Source: Clostridia bacterium
Lineage (GTDB): Bacteria > Bacillota > Clostridia > TANB77 > CAG-465
Length of the DNA stretch: 64,000 nucleotides
Direction: 5' to 3'
Assembly: GCA_030524345.1 (NCBI GenBank)
Contig: JAUNGP010000006.1
Coordinates: 15,105-79,104, forward strand
Part shown: piece by piece, positions 59,938 through 64,000 of the stretch
Numbering within the stretch: the first letter of the stretch is position 1
Layout of the letters: each line of letters opens with the position of its first letter
Program-made: the position numbers and the translations under genes
Notes under the pieces: model-generated
Told to the model about the DNA's origin: nothing
The model's database searches: none
Seen by the model: only the letters and a program-made list of their open reading frames with translations

Positions 59938-62900
59938 GAAAATTCATGCGTATCTCGGGTAATTTTACCTCAGTGTAATTGCCTAAAATATCTACCTGAT
60001 ACTTTTTTATAACAGCTAAATTTCGAACTCCAAGACTTGGTTGCCAATATCTTCTATCATGAGTAGACAAAGCAATGGATGAGGAATTAATCCCACATTT
60101 TATATAGTATCCATATATTTCATTAACAAATATTTTTTCTTTTGTATTTCCTTTCTTCATTGAAGTTAAATAAAAGCCTTTTTTGCTTTGAATATAAACT
60201 AAATCTCCCGGATATAATGAAAAAATAAAATGATCATTTTTCATTTCTTTCCACTTAGATTGTGGCTTAGCGGAAACACAAGCCTTACTTGGCAATGCTT
60301 CTCTAATAGTATCTGATACATATATTGGTACAAAATAATATCCTTCATTAGGAATATGGAAAACATCAATTCTTACTGTATCTCCATTTCCTGCAACTCC
60401 CCCTATTTTATCTATTTTAACATTGCTAGAACTTTTTAACTCTAGTTTTACTTTATTTACAATAGGACCCTTTTCTCCATTTGATTTTGGTTTAAAGAAA
60501 GGTTTACTAAAAGCTACTTTGGCATTTCCATTCGCTTCTATTAATTTTTTTCTTAGCGCTTCATATAATAGCCTATCATCTTTTTTATTATAATAATTTT
60601 CTATCTCATTTTCTTTATTTAACTTAAGCTCAGTAAGTTTTTTTCTAACAATGATGTTTCCATTTTTACATAATCCATTAATTGTTTCCTTATGTGCCAT
60701 TCCTCTCACTTTCCTATTTGGCATTTTAGATACAAAAATTGCTTTTGGATTATCATAGACATTGATCATTTCCAGTTCTTTTTTTACTTCACTATCAGTA
60801 TCTTTCATTCTTGCTTTAAGTTCCAAAATAATTTTTTGATACGCCTCACTTAAATCCATTCTTTTATTACATGTGATACTTTGGATCATCTTTTCACTTA
60901 CTATGGCAATAATAACAGCATCAAGAGCATGATGTTTATCATCTTCTCTAGACTTATTTAAATGAAACATTTTCCTAACAGTATAGGTAATTCCCCCTCT
61001 TAAAGCCATAATTCTTTTACTTTCAGAAATATTTTCATTTGGCTCAATATACAAATAATTTCTGATTAGAGAAAGTACAATTCTTGTTATATATTGAGTA
61101 TCTTTTAAGTTTCTTTCTTTCCATAACATTTCCTCCTCCAAAGAAATCGTCTCTTTCAAAAGATTGCTTACCTTTTTGTGCGTTTTAAGACAGGAAAGTA
61201 CTCTTTCTTTGTATTCATCTATGTTTTTACCAGATTTTAAAATATATTCATTTGGCAACATATCTCCCTTACTTCTAATTTCACATACTTTTGCAAGTAC
61301 TTTATTGTGATAACTATTATCAAAAGTTCTATGATAGGGAATCATATAATCAATATCTACTTTTTTGGAAAATAATTCGCTCAAAGGAATCGTATCCCCA
61401 GAATAGATACATGTTCCATTTTGTTCTTTCCAAAGTCTATACTTTAATATTTCTTCATCTGTAACATTTTCCTTACAAAATTTTTCTTTTATTTCCGTGA
61501 CAATACTTTGTTCCCTAAGCGCATTTGCTGCATTTTCTCTACCAATTCTGGTAATGAATTCTCGAGCAAGTTCTATGTTTACAATTTCAGGACTGCCATA
61601 TTTATCAATGATAGCATTAATTACTTTAATAGACTGTGATATTCCTCGCCTTACTACTGGATTTGTGATCTCTGTTAAATCATTTAATGACAACTTCCTC
61701 TTCTTTTCAAAGTTCATATTTCCTCTAAAATCATGATATACCATATTCGTTGCTTTATCATATGTAAGTCCCTCTTTCAAATAAGGGATTATCTTTTTCA
61801 TTGCCTTGATGGAAAGATGACTAAAATTGGAAAATGTTATATTTAATAGCAATGAAACTATCTGATCATTTAATCCAATTTTAGACAAATATTCTATTCT
61901 TTTCTCATCACTTTTATACAAAGTCAGTATGGTTGCTATATAATCTAATGTATTCTCGTCAAAATGATATATATAGTCTTTTTCATAACCATCTAAAACT
62001 TTTCTTAATTTATGAAAAGACTCTAATTCTCTTAACTTGATATCTGTATTTTTTTCATTTTGTTCTATAACATTTTTGGTATCTTCACTTTTTGATAAAG
62101 AAAAAAAGTTATAATGGATCATATTAAATATCTCATCATCCGGAAGATGAATTATTTCCCTGATACGAAAATAGGAAAGCTCTGATGTATGTCTAAATTC
62201 TTCAATAATTTTTACTTTCTCATCTTCACTAAGTTCTCTTGTATCTGACTTTTTATGATTCATGATTCCATTTTTTCCTACATCCAAATTTAATTTTTCA
62301 ATCTTAATTTTATTTAAGTCTTGTAACAATTTAAATATTTCAAATGTATATGTACTTTTAGCAGCCCTTAGCTCATTTTTTTCAAAAGTACAAGTTCCTA
62401 TCATCTTCTCTATGACATTTCCTGTATAATGGCTTGTAAAAGCAGGTCCTTCATCAAAATTTCGCTGTGACAAGAATATATTTATATATTCATTAATGAA
62501 TTCCTCATCTATATTCTCATAATAATTCCTTTGGCTATCTAAAATAAGTTTTATCTCATGCAATATATGTTCTCTTTTAACTACAGAGCCATAATCCCCT
62601 ATTTTATTTCTCACCTTCAGTATTTTATCACCATTTGAATCGAGGACAAATTCATTTTCTACACGATATTTAAATTTATCATCTTTTAAATACATTTCAC
62701 CAACAGTTCTATATCCCTTCTCTATAAGGATTTTATCATTTTCAGCAATTGCCTTTAAAACTTTACCGTTTTTATCATCTAATGTATTATATTTTGCATT
62801 GGATTGATAACCACGCTTTTTAACAAAATGAATCAGTAGTGAAGCAAGTTCTAACTTAGATATTTTATGATCCAATGCTTTTACTCGAATTTCATAAATA

Positions 62901-63187
62901 TTATGACAATGTATTTGATATAATTCGCTCTCACTTACAATATTGCTTCGAATTAAGAGTTGTTTTACTCTTAAAATTCTATGAGTTCTTCTTCTCAATC
63001 TTCTTCTATTACTTCGCTTTTTACTTCTTTCTTCTGCAAGAGAAGCCCCACTTTTAGGAACTTCTGCAGCTTCAAATATTCTCACACCAAGATCTAAAAT
63101 TTTGACTGGCTCTCCCATATCATCATCTTTTACTACTGCCCAGCCAACTGATGTAATTCCTATGTCTAGCCCTATTCTATATCCCAT
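59924..63187 (-). CDS. cas9: type II CRISPR-associated endonuclease Cas9-like protein with degenerate HNH active site (orphan; no cas1/cas2/array)
   Basis: RuvC-I IGLDIGITSVGWAV. Arg-rich bridge helix RRRLRRRTHRILR. RuvC-II EIVNIELARE. HNH block DIDYMIPYHRTFDNSYHNKVL...EIRSKG has Tyr at the catalytic His position and Ile at the metal-binding Asn position. RuvC-III KHHALDAVIIA. Start at MGYRIG with GGAGGG SD. Confidence 0.85.
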   Translation of the reverse strand: MGYRIGLDIGITSVGWAVVKDDDMGEPVKILDLGVRIFEAAEVPKSGASLAEERSKKRSNRRRLRRRTHRILRVKQLLIRSNIVSESELYQIHCHNIYEIRVKALDHKISKLELASLLIHFVKKRGYQSNAKYNTLDDKNGKVLKAIAENDKILIEKGYRTVGEMYLKDDKFKYRVENEFVLDSNGDKILKVRNKIGDYGSVVKREHILHEIKLILDSQRNYYENIDEEFINEYINIFLSQRNFDEGPAFTSHYTGNVIEKMIGTCTFEKNELRAAKSTYTFEIFKLLQDLNKIKIEKLNLDVGKNGIMNHKKSDTRELSEDEKVKIIEEFRHTSELSYFRIREIIHLPDDEIFNMIHYNFFSLSKSEDTKNVIEQNEKNTDIKLRELESFHKLRKVLDGYEKDYIYHFDENTLDYIATILTLYKSDEKRIEYLSKIGLNDQIVSLLLNITFSNFSHLSIKAMKKIIPYLKEGLTYDKATNMVYHDFRGNMNFEKKRKLSLNDLTEITNPVVRRGISQSIKVINAIIDKYGSPEIVNIELAREFITRIGRENAANALREQSIVTEIKEKFCKENVTDEEILKYRLWKEQNGTCIYSGDTIPLSELFSKKVDIDYMIPYHRTFDNSYHNKVLAKVCEIRSKGDMLPNEYILKSGKNIDEYKERVLSCLKTHKKVSNLLKETISLEEEMLWKERNLKDTQYITRIVLSLIRNYLYIEPNENISESKRIMALRGGITYTVRKMFHLNKSREDDKHHALDAVIIAIVSEKMIQSITCNKRMDLSEAYQKIILELKARMKDTDSEVKKELEMINVYDNPKAIFVSKMPNRKVRGMAHKETINGLCKNGNIIVRKKLTELKLNKENEIENYYNKKDDRLLYEALRKKLIEANGNAKVAFSKPFFKPKSNGEKGPIVNKVKLELKSSSNVKIDKIGGVAGNGDTVRIDVFHIPNEGYYFVPIYVSDTIREALPSKACVSAKPQSKWKEMKNDHFIFSLYPGDLVYIQSKKGFYLTSMKKGNTKEKIFVNEIYGYYIKCGINSSSIALSTHDRRYWQPSLGVRNLAVIKKYQVDILGNYTEVKLPEIRMNFHLKK

Positions 63188-63238
63188 ATATCCCTCCAAG
63201 AGCAAAAGTGTATCTGAAAAAAGATACACTTATGTCAA

Positions 63239-63958
63239 TTATTTTTCATAAATTAATATTGTATAAGAACTATTACCACGATACTTTTTTGTCATAGGAG
63301 TAAAATCATCTTCTCCATCAAAAGTAAATACAGTAAGTTCTATAGGAGATACTATATTTCTAGTATTTTTATCTCCAACTAATTTAATTGAACTACAAAT
63401 TCTCTCATCATTCATGATATCTTGTGTTATATGATAATATGATCTTCCAGGTATTAAATGAATATCATCATATAAATAGCATTGTACTTTAGGAAACAAT
63501 AAATATGCATCATCAGGATTTAAGACTATTTGATTGATTGTTTCTCCGCTATCTAAAGTAAACTTTATGTTATACCCTATTTTATAATTGTTATAATTTA
63601 CATACTCATGATAATACTGATCAAAAATTGTTTTAAAATCATCTCTAACAATTTCTTCCTCTAGTGTAGGTATTGCATAAAAAATCCCCATAATATTTTC
63701 TGCAGAAAAGTCACAATAGTATTCTTTTACTAGCCTTTTTCTATTTCCTTCGTCAATATATAATCCTATTTTCATTTCATTCTCATCTACATATTCTTCA
63801 GTTTTTTGAGATTTTACTTCATTTTCAAGCGTTTTCGATGCTTCACTAACATGAGAAGATATGTTTGTTACAACTTTAGTATTTGATAGTACTATTTTTG
63901 CAACGACTACACAGAGTAGTATCATACAAATTAGAATAACGAATATTTTCTTTTTCAA
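63239..63958 (-). CDS. hypothetical membrane-anchored/secreted protein
   Basis: N-terminal signal/TM segment (KIFVILICMILLCVVVA). A weak terminator hairpin (gtgtatc/gatacac) lies between it and cas9. Confidence 0.5.
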   Translation of the reverse strand: MKKKIFVILICMILLCVVVAKIVLSNTKVVTNISSHVSEASKTLENEVKSQKTEEYVDENEMKIGLYIDEGNRKRLVKEYYCDFSAENIMGIFYAIPTLEEEIVRDDFKTIFDQYYHEYVNYNNYKIGYNIKFTLDSGETINQIVLNPDDAYLLFPKVQCYLYDDIHLIPGRSYYHITQDIMNDERICSSIKLVGDKNTRNIVSPIELTVFTFDGEDDFTPMTKKYRGNSSYTILIYEK

Positions 63959-64000
63959 AATGCCACCTCATAAATTATATTCCTATTTTAGCATTAAAAA

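Noticed and set aside
1-64000. CRISPR array anywhere in the window
   Set aside because: I looked for regularly spaced 25-40-nt direct repeats in all intergenic stretches and found none. The only repeated noncoding units are the leader/terminator/promoter family, which are irregular in spacing and much longer.

Overview
This is a 64 kb window from an AT-rich (roughly 27-30% GC) Firmicutes chromosome, probably class Clostridia. Most of it is housekeeping core genome. The genes I can name, in order:
- 700-5,970: rny, then a three-gene 2-hydroxyacyl-CoA-dehydratase/activase-like operon.
- 7,900-13,100: a YmdB-like phosphoesterase, cysE, rlmH, an MBL-fold hydrolase, murA and rpmE.
- 13,195-14,943: a DUF1385-PrmC fusion.
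- 16,700-26,600: whiA, a HemW-like radical-SAM gene, polA, an SLT lytic transglycosylase, a YebC-family regulator and a thermonuclease-like gene.
- 34,464-37,683: clpX, clpP and tig.
- 38,462-46,133: a cyclic beta-1,2-glucan-synthase-like pair (a GT84 gene and a GH94 gene).
- 47,884-59,641: typA, a MarR regulator, plsC, cmk, serS, engB, a TVP38/DedA membrane protein, a VOC enzyme and ackA.

Two regions stand out.

1. 59.8-63.2 kb, an orphan type II Cas9.
- The gene is about 1,087 aa. The RuvC-I/II/III motifs and the arginine-rich bridge helix are intact.
- The HNH catalytic His is replaced by Tyr (DIDY instead of DxDH), and the downstream metal-binding Asn is replaced by Ile.
- There is no cas1, cas2, csn2 or CRISPR array anywhere in the window.
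- A convergent, promoter-plus-terminator-defined noncoding RNA of about 100 nt abuts its 3' end.
- I read this as a possible HNH-dead, RNA-guided nickase or binder with a hard-wired guide or tracrRNA-like RNA.

2. 2.3 kb and 15-18.4 kb, a family of four near-identical promoter plus structured-leader modules.
- Each module has a sigma-A-like promoter, a covarying terminator/attenuator hairpin, and a second hairpin that sequesters the SD. In copies 0, 2 and 3 a 4-codon uORF overlaps the main ATG.
- The modules drive unrelated, GC-elevated small ORFs.
- Two copies sit inside an approximately 1.45 kb segmental duplication. That duplication shares its 5' and 3' flanks at near 100% identity but carries different cargo, and it brackets an N-terminally shortened whiA.

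Smaller observations:
- An integrase-associated accessory segment at 27-34.4 kb holds a transglutaminase-like Cys-His-Asp gene pair, a LysM protein, a YigZ/IMPACT protein and a paralogous pair with a PIN-like C-terminal motif.
- The cyclic beta-1,2-glucan synthase machinery is split into two translationally coupled genes.
- There is a single-cysteine thioredoxin-like protein.

All coordinates are approximate to within a few nucleotides where I refined start codons by hand. Products are assigned from motif recognition only; nothing was searched against a database.
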